Positions 26,382 through 39,606 of a stretch of 64,000 bases of DNA are shown here, in pieces (position 1 is the first letter of the stretch; every line of letters starts with the position of its first letter). Origin of the DNA: Bilabrum cf. latius (Eukaryota); assembly GCA_965178125.1 (NCBI GenBank), contig OZ237757.1, forward strand, positions 868,001-932,000. The letters run 5' to 3'. A program made the translations under genes and the position numbers. Under the pieces are notes generated by a model. The model was given only the letters and a program-made list of their open reading frames with translations. It searched no databases and had not been told where the DNA came from.

Positions 26382-28337
26382 TCATCGCGTGGTCACGATG
26401 TCGTCAATCTTGAGAATCATGCTGACCGTCTCAGTGGCAAGGCTCAGCGCGCTGGTGGTCACCAGCAGCGGCTGCACCACGTTCTCCGCCAAGATGTCCG
26501 AGATGACGGCCTTCCTGACGTTGATGCCCGCCGACTTGATGCCCTCGGCGTGCTGCTTCCTGAGCTCCGTCACGATGTGGATCGGGTGCATGCCCGCGTT
26601 CTCCGCCAGCGTGTAGGGGATCACCTCCAGTGCCTCCGAGAAGGCCTTGGCGCAGTATGCGTCCGTTCCCTCGAGTGTCCTGGACCACTTGCTGAGCTCG
26701 AGAGCCATCTCGCTCTCGGGAGCCCCACCCCCCGCGATGAGGAAGCGCTTCTTGACCAGGGCGCGCACCACGCACAGGGCGTCGTGGAGGGACCTCTCCG
26801 ACTCGTCGAGCACCAGCTGGTTGCTGCCACGCACCACCAGGCTGCAGGTGGGGCAGGGCTGCACCACGTCAGTCATGCGCACGCACTTGCGCCCGTTGCC
26901 CAGATCCGCCTCCTCCACCAGACCCGCGGTGCCCAGCTTGTCGGGGGTCAGCGAGTCGATGTGCGCCACCGGCTTGCACCGCAGTGTCCTGCAGATGAAA
27001 TCCACGTCGTCCCTCTCCACGTTGGTGACCACCATGATCTTCATGCGGGCCAGGAAGAGCAGGCTGAGGTCGTTCACCGCGTCCCTGAGGATGCTCTTCT
27101 GCACGAGCACCACGTTAGCCCCGCTGTCCTTGATCTTCTTGCACATGCCCAGGATGTGCCTCCTCTCCTCCTTGAGCACGCGGTCCATGTCGCGATAGTC
27201 GCTCACCACCGTGGTGCCATCCATGTCGGTCTTGGGGGCCGACAGGTGGCACTGCAGGAGGGCCACCTTGGCGTTCTCTACCCTCGTGGGCGCCCCCGCG
27301 GTGTGGCTCGCCCTCCTGTTGAGCACCACCCCCTGCACCAGCTCCGCGTCATCGATGGTACCCCCGTGCACCTTGGTGACCTTGACGTCCCTCAGGTCCA
27401 CGTTGGTGGCCGTCTCGGGGTCAATCACGCTGAGCACGGCGTCCACGGCGAGGGGTGCTAGTTTCTCGGAGTGGATGCTGATGACCTTGGAGGCCAGAGA
27501 CGTGGTGGCTGCCTTGACTAGCTGCTCCCTCTCGGTGAGCTTGACGGGGATGGCGATCTTCTCCAGGAGCTTCTCGGACTGGGACGCGCAACGCTGGAAA
27601 GCCTCGCTGATGCGGGTGGGGTGGATTCCCTTGGCCAGCAGCTTGGAGCACTGATCCAAAAGAGACCCGCAAAGCACCACCACGCTCGTGGTGCCGTCCC
27701 CTGCTTCGATGTCCTGGGACTTGGAGAGCTCCACCAGCATCTTGGCCGTGGGGTGGAACACCTGCATATGGCTCATGATCGTGGCGCCGTCGTTGGTAAT
27801 AATGACCTCTCCGTCGGTTCCCTGGATCATCTTGTCCATGCCCTTGGGCCCAAGGCTCGTGCGAATCGCATCGGCCACCGCTGCGGGAAACGAAAAAGAT
27901 GGTGCTCCGAAACGTAACGACAGGTTGGACGAAACGACCCCGGCAGTTTGATTGGTCAGTACGACAAAACAAGCTCGCCCAATCGGACGATAGGCCGTTG
28001 CCACTTCGAGGTCAGGGCGCCAGGGGCGCCGCGAATTCAAGCGGTTCTGGGCTGCTAGTGCACCACGATGCACAAGCCTCAGATGCGACAAACTGGCTAG
28101 TATATATTAGCGATGACCAAACAATGTCGCATGAACGCCCGTGGTGGCACCAGTAGGCGCTCAGCAAAAAATTAGCCTGGCAGGCACCAGTTGACGGCCA
28201 AGCCGCTTACCTTTCGCGGCAATAATGTTGCTTGTTCTGACATCCTTCTCCTTCTCCCTGGTGTCGAACCGTTCACCACGCTAACTTTTACTAGATACAG
28301 CAGAAGCCTTCAAAGCAGCACCGCCTGCAGCAGCCAT
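26382..28337 (-). CDS. CCT4: T-complex protein 1 subunit delta (CCT4/TRiC)
   Basis: Motifs [44 protein letters not shown] and ILKIDDIV. Exon 1 28211-28337 (TAG at 28281-28283), intron 27881-28210, exon 2 26382-27880, TGA stop. Confidence 0.96.
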
Positions 28338-28700
28338 GATTTCGAAATTGAAGCCGAGCTCGCTGCACGAACATTTAGTAGCGTATACATTCTGTCACAA
28401 ATATGATTTAATTCTTTCGTTGCTTGGGTATCTGGCTGAATACATATATGCCGAGGATATAGGTACCATAATCACCATAGGATGTCGCCTCCAAGGGTCA
28501 TGGAATAGGCCCCTCAACCGCGCGATCAATCCACCCGTCAAGCGCACCCATCGTCCCGACTGTGCGAAGATACACAGCTTGGGACGAGGAGGAAGCCACC
28601 CCCCCGGGTGTCGATCCCCATCCACGGGGGAGCCCCTGCCTGTCCCACACCCCACATCCCGCCGGGAGGCAGGCAGGGCGCTGGCAGACCGCACCCTTGG

Positions 28701-28720
28701 ACACACACACACACACACAC
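28701..28720. repeat. (AC)10 microsatellite downstream of Rab1
   Basis: Read directly from the sequence. Confidence 0.9.
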
Positions 28721-28786
28721 AAACCAGCCAGCCAGCCGCCCTCCCTTTCCGTCCCCCCCCCCCCCCTTCTATCGAAGTAGACGAGG

Positions 28787-30208
28787 TCAGCAGCACCCCC
28801 CGCTGGACCTCGTGTCCACGGACTCCCCCCTGCCGAAATCGGCCTTGTCACCCTCGTCCGCCTCTTCCTCCTCTTCCGCGGGCGCAGACGCGATCCTCTC
28901 GGAGATCTCCCCCGCGAGTGTCTCGAAGGACTGGGTCACGTTGAGGTTGTCCTTGGCGCTCGTCTCGAGGTATGTCATGCCGTTCTCCTCGGCGAACTCA
29001 GCGGCCGTCTCGGCGGACACGGCCCGCTTGTCGGCGAGGTCGCACTTGTTGCCGATGAGGAGCTTGTTGACGTTCTCGCAGGCGTAGTTGTCGATCTCCT
29101 GCAGCCAGTCCTTCACGTTCTCGAACGACTCGGCGTCCGTGATGTCGAAGACGATGATGATGCCGTGCGCGCCTCGGTAGTACGAGGCTGTGATGGTGCG
29201 GAAGCGCTCCTGACCTGCATTATGTAGTGGATTGCATCGCATACGGGGTGGGGGGGATGGAGGTGAGAGGGGGAGGGGGGGTTAGATAGGAAAGGGCGAG
29301 GGTGAGAAAGGCTCGACCCCAATGGCATGCCCTCTGTACCGCCATTCAGCGAACAATGAGCGCATACTATGGCTTTGGCAATGAAGCAGTGGCAATTCTT
29401 GCGAATTGCTTTCGACAGCCTGGGCCGCAGTCGAGCACACGTGCCATTCAATGGCTCGCCAAGCCCGGGGACCGCTCGCCGGCGCGCAGCCCCAATGGAA
29501 CGCAGCTGGGGACAGGTCACGTCTCACCTGCTGTGTCCCAAATCTGCAACTTTGTGATCTTGCTGTCCTACTCGATAGTCTTAATCTTAAAATCGACGCC
29601 AATCGTAGATATAAACTGGGACGTGTAGGTGTCGTCCGCGAACCGAGTGAGAATGCTACTCTTGCCTACGCCGGAATCTCCAATCAGCAACAATTTGTAC
29701 AAGTGGTCGCTGCGACGGATCCGAAAGGAATCTAAAAGATGATGAAATAATGCCCATTTGGACTGCACGCTACGATTGCTGCACGGCACCAAAGGTTCAT
29801 CTTGTCGCCCAGGGCGGTGACGAAACCACCTTCTCGACCTAGAATGCTCAGGAGGCACGCTCCAATCATACAAACCAGTTTCACAACGAATCGAAAGAAA
29901 CAGTCGCTACAAGTTCCTTTGATACGCTCTGTGCGTCGGTTCAATAGTGAAACAGATTAGCCACATGGCTCGTACGTTACAACCAAGCCGGCCAAGCAAA
30001 CTGAATACTCCAGGCCGTACACAGATCCTGAGCACAACATACTGCTTATTTATTACATATGGCGCCCAGACAGCGCGTGAGCGGTCGCATTGCTAAGTTG
30101 AGGCTGACACGGACAAGCAGGCAAGCACTGTGCAAGGTCCTCCGATTCTCTATGAAAACCACAGCAAACTCACTAGTGCTCCATGCCGCCATCACCAGCA
30201 GCTGCCAT
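28787..30208 (-). CDS. RAB1: Rab1/Ypt1/RabD small GTPase
   Basis: Motifs [38 protein letters not shown] and C-terminal GGCC. Exons 30174-30208, 29528-29709 and 28787-29214. In-frame TAG at 29568-29570 in [25 protein letters not shown] stop. Confidence 0.96.
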
Positions 30209-30534
30209 ATTTGAAACCGGGGATACTTCTCTAGCTGAAAGAGCGGGAGAGTGATGAGCGCTTTTCTGCGAGGACCGACAAGGCTGCATCTGTTTTTTCA
30301 CGGTTTTGTAGCGTGCAGTATCAAGCCAAGCGACGATTTCATCGTGTAGAACGACGACTGTGATCGATATAAAGAAATTCTACTGCGTGATTCTAAGTAT
30401 TGTGTTGTATCAATACGGTAGACCGGGGAAGATTGCGGTTACCAACCGGCTGCAGGGAATTTTTTTTGCGAAGAGCACTCAGTTGCAGTCGGGGGTTCTT
30501 CATATCCTGGTTACAGCGAAAGGCTACTTGCTGA

Positions 30535-33500
30535 ATGCAGCCCAGTAATTTCATGAACTATGGTGGTTAGGACGTGCCATCAGAAGTTGGTGAATCGCGA
30601 GGGATGCAAAAGACATAGGCATCGTCGGCTGAGTATGCTGCTCGCTCCCATGCTTCACCACCAACTAGCACTGATAATCACGCATTGGACGGAGAAGGAC
30701 TGGCATCGCTAGCACCGACATTACCGAGCACTACCTACAGCGAAGGGGCTGCATCAATGGTTGGAAGAGGTCCAGCAGGTGGTTCTGTGAATGGCGACGG
30801 GCTAGCACCAGCAAGCGCTCCCGGTGACGGCAGCGCACCTTAGCAGGAGCCGCGGAGCTTGGGTGCATCAACACTTTCTGTGACGTCAAGCCAGTCAGCA
30901 TCCGCTTCATCAGCCTCTGCGTCATCGTCTTCATCGTCGTCCTCCTCTGCGGCCACCACAGGTGCACGGCGTGAGGCTGCCAGCAGTACAGGCATAGCCC
31001 CAGGCAACGCACCGGCCTCGCCATTCGAAGTATCCAGTAGCAGAGCTGTAGCACCAGATCCTAGCGAATCGGGCGCGCGAACTGATAGCCGCAGCAGTCG
31101 CAGTCCCACGCGAGATCCGCCCACAGACAAGACCGCTGCGGCAGAGCAGACACTGTCGCAGTCGCAGTCTCAGTCGCAGGCGCAACAACAGCAAACGAAG
31201 CAAAGCGAGGAGGTAGAGCCTGAAGACCTGGACGCCGCGCTGCAGCAGGCCCACCTGGTGAAAGTGTACAGGACGGGCGTGGCGGCGCAGGACGAGTCGC
31301 AGCAGCAGCCGCAGCCAGCGCAGAAGTGGAAGGACGCAGGGGTGGGCTACATGCTTGGCTGGGACCTGTGGAGAGCAGGGGCGCGCAAGGGCTGGCTGGC
31401 CCCTCTGCTGCCGCCGAGACAGCGTCATGGCCAGGGAGGTCCTGGATCTGGCACTGGCACTGGCATTGGGTCTGGATCAGAGTCGAGTTCGGGCGAGGGG
31501 TTGGACGGCGTGCAGCAGCTGCTCCGGGCCACGGCTGGGGTGCCTCAGTTCCGTTTGCTTGCGTTGCGCAAGGCGGGCCTTCGGCAGGTGCTGCTGTCGG
31601 ATCCCTTGGTGGGGCGCTGGGGAGTGGAGAGGGGCGGGCCTGAGCATGCCTTCCGGCTCGACGCGAGCCCCGCGGCGGCCGGGACCGCAGGGGACGGGCA
31701 AGGGCAAGTTGGCTCGGGTGAGTAGTCGAGGAGCGAGCTGGACGAGGCGGAGGCCAACTGGGTGGACGTGCTGCGGCACAGGGGTTTGGACCATCTGGCA
31801 TAGCGGGCGAGCAGGGCGGGCGCGTACGGGATGCAGTCGGTCACCTTTATTCTGTGGAGGTCCGGGCCCATGAGGAGGGCGGGCGTCAACTAGAGTCTGG
31901 GCAGGACGAGGCCCAGCCAGTGGCACGAAGGCCAGTGCGACGTGTCTCTGTCCTTCAACGAGAGCGGGGGCTGTGCTGCGGTGTGGAGGGGGATCGTGGC
32001 AGCGGTGGCGGTGGCTGGTCTGCAGGCCCTGCAGAGGCAGAGGCAGAGGCAGGGAAGGGTGCCAGGTGCGCTGGAGAGTCTGGGGGGATAGGCGCCTATG
32101 GAAGATGGTGACATGCTGGATCTGGATGGCGATGAGGAGGAGGAGGAGGAGGAGGGCGAGGACGAGATGGAGGGGGGCGGGGATGGGATGGGCGCTGTCA
32201 GCATGGAGGCTCTAGCTGCCGCTGCTGGGCTTGAGGGGGGGGTTGGGTCCCCCCCAGGAACTGAGGGGAGCGGGTCAGGCCGCGGGGGCAGTGGTAGTGC
32301 GGGTGGGGAGGGCGGGGAACAGAGCCTAGATCGTGTGCGGGGAAGCTCAGGGTTTGGGCAAGCAGCAGCACCACGATCCGCAGCCACAGCCACAGGCGCT
32401 CGCAGGCAGCACCGCATGGAGCCCTCGGGGGAGGATGGTGCGGATCATGAGGACGACGAGGGGGACACGGATGACGAGGGTGAGGGCGCGGGTTTGGCCG
32501 TGGGTGGGCGGAGCGCAGATGGAGAGGAGGGTGAGGGCGAGGCGTGGATGAACAAAGACTGGAGGGAGGACGGGTACAGCGAGCACGAGCACGCGACGGG
32601 TGGTGGAGAGCATGCGGGGGGCGGGATGGACATCCTGGGGCATGTGCGTGGGAGTGTCATGGGGCAGAAGCAGGGATAGGGAGTGCGTCGGCGGGGGGCA
32701 GGGCGGCAAGGGCGGGGAAATCAGCCGGGGGCTGGTGGTGCAAGCGCTCGCAGCAAGCGGCGTCACGTGGATCCGCTATCGAGACAGGTGCCAGTGAAGA
32801 AGAAGAAGAAGGGAAATCTCGGTGGCAGAGGAGACTAGGACGAGGAAGAGGACGATGAGAGCGCGTTCAGTGACGAAGACGACGAGGCCGAGGCAGGGCT
32901 GGACATGATGGGAATCGTGACAACGTTCGGCAGCAGGGCGGACGCGAAGAAGAGGAAGAGGCAGAAGGAGTACCTCAGCACCAGGTGGGTCCCCACGCCC
33001 AGGCACATGCGGGAGCTGCCCGACCCCTCCCCCGATGCGGGCGCCCTCGAAGATGTGCTCCGGGTGCTTGACGAGGCCTGCGAACCCACTGACCGGGAGG
33101 AGCTGGAGCTGGCGCAGGAGATGCCTTCGGGCGGGGTGCTCGCCAGGCTGCAGCAGCGCAGCCAGGTCAAGGAACAGCACTGGCCCCAGCGGCTCGTCAG
33201 GAACCAAGTCAGTTTCCTGAGGGCAGTGCCCGGCACGCTGGCCGCGTTGGAGCGAGCGGGGGACGAGCGCGGGCTGATGCTGCTGGGCCGGGTCGTGGAG
33301 CACGCCCTTGGTGTCCCCGAGCAGCAGGTGGTGGAGGCCTGCGTGTCGGACGAGGTGTGGCCGGGCATCCTCGGAGCCATGGAGTGGGCCCCGCTGCACC
33401 TGATCGCGGAGCAGCGGACGGGGCACGACGGGGCGCGGCGGTGGGCCCTCCGGAGGCACGGGGCGGACTCGCCCGCGGGGATCGAGGCAAGGGCCAGGGC

Positions 33501-34571
33501 CAGAGCGGGGGCGGGGGCACGGGGTTTCGCAGCGACGGGGACGACAGCCGGGGTGGCGTCGTTGTCGTCATCGGCAGCTGCCGCGCCGGGGAGTCCTGGG
33601 TTGGCAGCCTTCACGCGTGTGAGCGGCGCGCCTGGCTCTGGCTTTCTAGCCGGGGAGCCTGCCGTGCTGCCCTCAGCGGCGCCTGCCAGCCCCACCCCTG
33701 GCCCTCCTTCTGGCTCGCAGCACCCCCTGGCCGCGTGGATGGTGGCGCCCCCTTTGCCCTCGGGCAAGACCGCACTCAGACGGCCGGCCGTGCACCTGGG
33801 TGCAGAGGCGGGCAGCCACGCGAGCCGGCCACTCGGCGCGCACTCCACGGCGAGGCTTGCAAGCAGCGTCGGTAGCGGCACAGTTTTGTAGGAGTCCAGT
33901 GACGCCGCGCTGTCCACCACCCCGCCACTGACCGCTTTGGAGCCGCCGGTGGTGCTGCCCACGCAGCTTACCCTGGGCCCGGCCCCCCAGGTGGTGTCCG
34001 GCGTGGGCGCCAGCCGGCCCCACTTCCGTCAGTTCATGCGCAGGCTGCAGTGGAAGGTGGGCGGGAGGGGGCTCTCTGAGGAGCTGCGCGCCACCTCGAT
34101 GCGGTGCCTGCGCCTGCGGTTCCTCAGCGAGAGCTTGTTCCCCAGGTCGCTGGACGACCCCGTGCACCAGCTGAGGAACAGGCTGCTGCAGCAGCAGGAG
34201 GCCCGACTGGTGCTGGGGGTGGTGATGGAGGCGGAGGATGAGGCGCGGTGGAGGCGCAGCATCCGACTGGGCACCCAGCTGCAGGACTACCTTCGTGACA
34301 GCGGAGACAAGGCAGCGAGGGACGGGGGCTCCACCCCAGGTACGGAGGGGGGCCGGGTCAGGCAGCGGCCCTGCTTCCTGACGTCTCTACTGAGGCAGCT
34401 GTGCCTCGCCAGGCTGCCCCCGCCCGACCTGCGCACCGTGCCAGAGGACGTGGAGCGGGATGTGGTGGCCCTGGGGGGTTGGGAGGGGGAGGGGGACGGG
34501 ACATCGCCGCTGCTGGGCCTTCCAGAGGCTTCTCTGCCCCGGGTGCAGCCGGGCGAATCGCGAGGGGGGGC

Positions 34572-34609
<38 letters not shown>

Positions 34610-37398
34610 CGGCGAGGCTCCCGCGCTCCGATGGTGCCCGACCACGAGCTGGAGCTGGAGCAGCGGCAGAGCCGGCGGTTGTAGGAGGGTGCGCCCGCAA
34701 GCGCGGGATCGATCCCCAGCTGTACCCAGTCACGGCCCAGCTGGCGCTGCAGAGGGCAAGGAGGGGCTTTCAGCTGGCGCAGGAGGCGGCTGCAGACAAG
34801 GACCACGGCCAGGAGCAAGGGAGGAGTGGGCATGGTGCTCATGCCGGTGCTCCCGGTGCGGGCCGCCACCAGAGGAAGAAGCCCCTGCTGGTGCTCCCGC
34901 CGCTTCCACGCAAGCCGAGGTCCATCGGGCGGAGGCGCAGGGACGCAGACGGCGCCTCTGCTGGAACCGGCGAGCTATCTGGCGGGGGGCAGCTTACCCC
35001 CAGCAGCGCCGGGATGGGCAGCATGGGCGGGATGGGCCCTGCTCGAATGGGGAGGGGTCCTTCCACCCCCATGAACCGGGGTTTCTCGGGGGGGGGCCTC
35101 ACACCCATAAGCGGGATGAGGGGGGGCACGGGCACCCCGGGTGCTGACATGCACGGGGCGGCACCGCTTGGTGGTATGGGCAGCGCAAGCGCCCCGGAGG
35201 CCACCCCGCTGCAGGCCAGCGCGCCCCAGGACGCTCTCCGCACCCTGCACGCGCTGGCGCATGCTGCCAACCGCAGCGGCATGGCGGAGTACCGCCCCTC
35301 TCTGCTCCAGCGGCTGGTGGAGTGCACGCCCCTCTTCGTTGCTGCGCTGGAGCCCTTCCTGGCCCCGCATGGTCTCTCCCACGCAGTCACCGCCCGGGCC
35401 CTGGACACGCTGGCGCTCGCTGCCAACGCGGTGCCCAGGGCCCTCCGGCAGCACGTGCTCCGCATGAGCGACGTCACGGAGCTCAGGGTGCCGCCCTCGC
35501 ACGAGCAGAGCGGCGACCCCGTGCGGGCCTGCGTGCGTCTGCGGTGGTTCCAGGCCTGGGTGCGCGAGAGGAAGAGGGGGGCGGAAGAGGAGGAGAGGAG
35601 GCTGAGGAAGGCGCTGGGGGTTAGCCCCATCACGTTCGAGGGGGAGGAGGGAGGTGGCGGTAGCAGGGCGGTGCAGGCGGGAGGGTCCCCCAGGGGCAAT
35701 GAGCTGGCGGGATCCAAGCGGAAGCGGATGCAGTCGCAGTCGGGCACGGGCTCTGCGAGAAAGAGCGAAGATAGGCCGGGCCTTGGCGCAGCCGGGCAGC
35801 GGCAAGGGGAACGGCCCTCTGGGACAGCCTCCTCCTCTGGTCTGTCCATGCAGAGGGGCGGTGCGGGAATCGCTTCACCTGGTGGTATCGTTGCGTCTCG
35901 GTGGCAGCACGCGGGGGAGGAGGGAGAGGGGGGGGCGTCAGACGGCGATGCGGACTCGAGCCTGGATGGATTCAGCAGGAGCTCAGAAGACGCCTCGGGG
36001 CCCAGGGAGGCATCGAGGGCCAGCACGAGCATGGAGCAGGAGCGGTCGGGCCAGCGTGCTACGAGCACTGGCAGCACAGAGACGAGAGGCACCGCGGGGG
36101 CAGAGAGGAGGTCGGGAAGCGGGTCGCCATCCAGGAGCAGTGAGCCGTCGGAAAGTGCATCGCACGGTGGTGCAGCCGACGGCCCGGACCGCAAGAAGCG
36201 CAGGACGGAGGCAGGGGCAGTCAGGGCGGAGTCAGCGGCTTCGGCGGCGTCCAACACGGCGGTGCTGGGTGGCATGGTGCTAGCAGATGGTACAAATGAA
36301 AAGGCGGAATAGGTGCTGCGCGGGGACTAGGATTCAATCGAGGGTGCATCATCCGGAGCTGGAGCTGCCGCTCTCGCCACCGCGAGTGCAGCCGATGCTG
36401 CTGCTGCTGCTGCTGCTGTGAGTGCTGCTCGCTCCACTCGGGGGGTTGAGGAGGCCCAGCTGAGCCCCCTACAGCTCGCGGTGCAGGCGTGGCGGCGCGC
36501 AGTGGCCCCTCTCCGGCCCCAGAGCCCGCTGGCTCTGCTCAAGGCAGCTGCGGCTGGCACCGGCACCGGCACCGGCCCCGCCAGCAGCGGTAGCAGCAGC
36601 AGCACTGGTGCTGGTACGGAGGCCGATCGACAAGCAGCCACGATGGCAGCCGAAGAGGAAACAGGCGCCGACATGCGCGGGACCAAAGCGAAGGATGACA
36701 AGGAGGAGAAACAGAAGGAACAAGAGGAAGAGGACCCTGCTGTGCTGTTCGGGCGGCTGGCAGTGGGGGAGAACAGGGACGCTGCCGAGCTGCTCGAGGC
36801 CCGCTCGACTGGGCTGGTGCGGCTGGGGGCAGGGGACGGTCTGATGCCGCTGCTGGGGCGGTGCCTCGTGGACTCGCCCGATGACACGGTGCGCCGGCGG
36901 GCCCTGGAGGTGTTGGACACGCTGGCCAAGAGGGACGAGGCCCCGCCCGAATCGGCCACTTACCCCGGATCTGCCAAGCGCCACGAGTGGGACGCGTTCG
37001 CAGGCTGCGCGCAGCAGGGCCACTACTGGGAGAGCTGCCTGGAGGGACTCAGGAGGCCACAGCTGACGGGGGCTGCGCCCATCCGGGTGGGAGATGCCGC
37101 GAAACTGGCGCTGTGGCTGGCCCACAGGGAGGGCGCCACGGACCAGGGGCTGGGGGAGGACCGGCGGGAGGAGGACGAGGAGGGTCTCGGGGACGACTCG
37201 GTAGGGGCGCCAAGGCACAGGCAGTCACTGGCAGGCGCCAATGAGAATGGGGGCGCTGGGCGCTCGGGTGCGCTGGGGGATGTGGAGCAGGTGAAGCGAG
37301 ACATGCACGCCCGGGCCCTTGAGCTGATGTGGTGCGGCCTGATGGGAGACGAAGAGGCGGCGAGGGTGGGCCGCAGGGCGGTGCGGCTTGACGAGAGG

Positions 37399-37430
<32 letters not shown>

Positions 37431-39501
37431 TCAGGCCACACTCGGTGGTAGTGCTGCGACAGGCCGTCCGTCACCAATGGAAGGAAGCACATCGGAAGGG
37501 AAGGGATAGGGAACTGGAGAGGCCGAGGCGCGCCCCATCCACCCTTGGCTGCTCCAGTGCCTGGGCGGGCCGCTGCCGCGCAACCTCAAGGGCGCCGTGG
37601 GCTGGAAGCAGGCGCGCATGGGCGCAGCGCAGCCTGACAGCAGCCCGAAGCATGCAGCACGAGCAGCAGGGGAATCGGGCCATGCGCCCGCCTCTGGTAT
37701 AGCTCCACAGGCTGGCTCGTCCGATGGACCCGGCAGTCTCCCCGGTTGGGCGCTGAGCTCGTGCAAGCAGCAGGCGTGGCTGCTGCAGGCTCGCTTGCAG
37801 GAGGCCACGGGGGCGGCGGGGCGCGGGCCGGGCACTCGGGGCTACCTGGAGGACGAGAGCAGCACGATGGGTGACGAGTGCTTCAGTCGGCTGTAGGACG
37901 ACCTCTGGCACTGGCGCCAGGTCGCGCTGGCGAGGCCCGACCGGATCCACGCAGGGACGCACGGGCTGGCGCGGGTGGCACTGGCGCTGCCTGATGCCGC
38001 CCGCGGTGCTGTGCTTCTGGCCGGGGCGCTGGTGCACAGCACGGACAGCCCCGCGCTCGTGGGCATGGCAATGCGGCACAGGGTGCTCGACCCAGTGGTA
38101 GCGTGCTATTTGGCCTCGTGTACCCGTGGCAGCGTGCTCGCGTCGTCGTGCCTGACCCTGCTGGACACAGCCAAGGGAAGGCAGGCGTGGAGGCAGACGG
38201 GCGTGGGTCTGCGGGAGGTGCTGTGGGCGGTGCGCAGGGCGGGGAGGGAGGCGAGGTTGGCTCGGGATAGAGTGAAAGCACTCGAGTAGGAAGAGGAAGA
38301 GGAAGAAGAAGAGGAAGAAAGAACAGAGGCACAGGCGAAGGGGAAAGGCAAGGAGGGGCCCGGTCGTCACGGGTTCGGCGCGGAGGCAGGGACCTCGAGG
38401 GGAGTGCAGGGGACCTCGAGGGCGGTGGAGGGGACCTCGAGGGCGGTGGAGGCGGCCCGCCGGCTGGAATCGTTCTGGAGCTCCCTGTCGAGAGACGCGG
38501 GGGTGCTGTGCGAGCTGGCGATCTCCCCGGGGCGGAGCGAGCAGGCGCGGGAGGCGAGAGCGAAGGTTTTCGACTGGATGAGCGAGCAGGCGCGGGGGGG
38601 TGGTTCCCATGTCTTTTCCTCTGCTGCATCGTCTTCCCAGCCGTCGGCCGCGATGGAATTGGGCGCAGGCACAGGTGTGGGCACGGGCTTTGCAACGGGT
38701 GCGGTGCACGACGCGCTGGAGGTGGTGCTGCGTGTTCCCTGGGACCCCCTTCTGGAGTCAATGGGTCGTCGGGGGTACATTGCTGCGGCCCCCGCCCCCG
38801 CCACTGCCTCGTCTCTGGGCACCAGTTCTTCCGACCCCACCGTGGGGGTCGGGCCTGGGGGGTCAGCCCCGAGCAGCCCTCCTGCGGGGGCAAGCCACGA
38901 GCAGCAGGTCTTGGATCCATCGGCGGGCAGCGGGCTCGGGGGCAAGCAAGGCAGTGGGGCAGAGGTGCCAGCCGCATCGCCGTCCCCCTCTGAGCCGTAG
39001 CCATCATCGTCATCATCATCGCCGTCCCCCTCTGAGCCGTAGCCATCGTCATCATCATCATCATAGTCATTATCGTCATCGCTGGGCGGCGAGGCAGCTA
39101 CTGGAGGGCCCCCCGGCCGGCCCCCTCCCCTGCAGCTGTGCCTGCGGAGGAGCCCCTCCACTGCTGCAAGCGATCAGGAGGGAGGCAAGACGCCCCCGAC
39201 CACTGCCACTGCCACTGCCACTGCCAGCGCAGGTGGAGGCGCGGGTGGGGGCGCCGGCGGAGCTGGCCTCAGGCTGTCCATCGGGGTGAGGGCGGTAGGG
39301 AGCGGCCCGAATGTGCCGGATGCAGACGGCGCGGAATCTCCCAGGGTCGTGGTAGACAGTGCGAATGGGACAAGCACTTCAGGTGCGAGGCCGAGGATAT
39401 CCGTGTCGGCCCCCAGGCTGCAGTGGGGGCAGCTGGCGGCACGGCGCGCTGAGGAAGACGAAGACGACGACCTCCCGAACGCCTTTGCAGGGCTAACTTG
39501 A
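30535..39501 (+). CDS. Protein phosphatase 4 regulatory subunit 3 (PP4R3/SMEK/Psy2)-like, greatly expanded (~2988 aa)
   Basis: One frame from ATG 30535 to TGA 39499-39501 with 18 TAGs and no TAA/TGA. EVH1-like elements HLVKVYR, KWKDAGVG, YGMQSVTFILW, VSLSFNESGGCAAVW and SMK-1-like CLRLRFLSESLFPRSLDDP, recognised by eye. Confidence 0.7.
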
Positions 39502-39593
39502 AGCCATTACATAATTCCTTTCAAGTTTGTAGATGTTAGTTCGGCTCATCGGAAGTGTGAGCAGAGCACCACGCAATCTCAAGGCAAAAGCAC

Positions 39594-39599
39594 AAAAAA
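39594..39599 (-). terminator. RNA polymerase III terminator (T6) downstream of the tRNA
   Basis: TTTTTT on the minus strand, 7 nt after the discriminator base. Confidence 0.75.
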
Positions 39600-39606
39600 G
39601 AACAAT

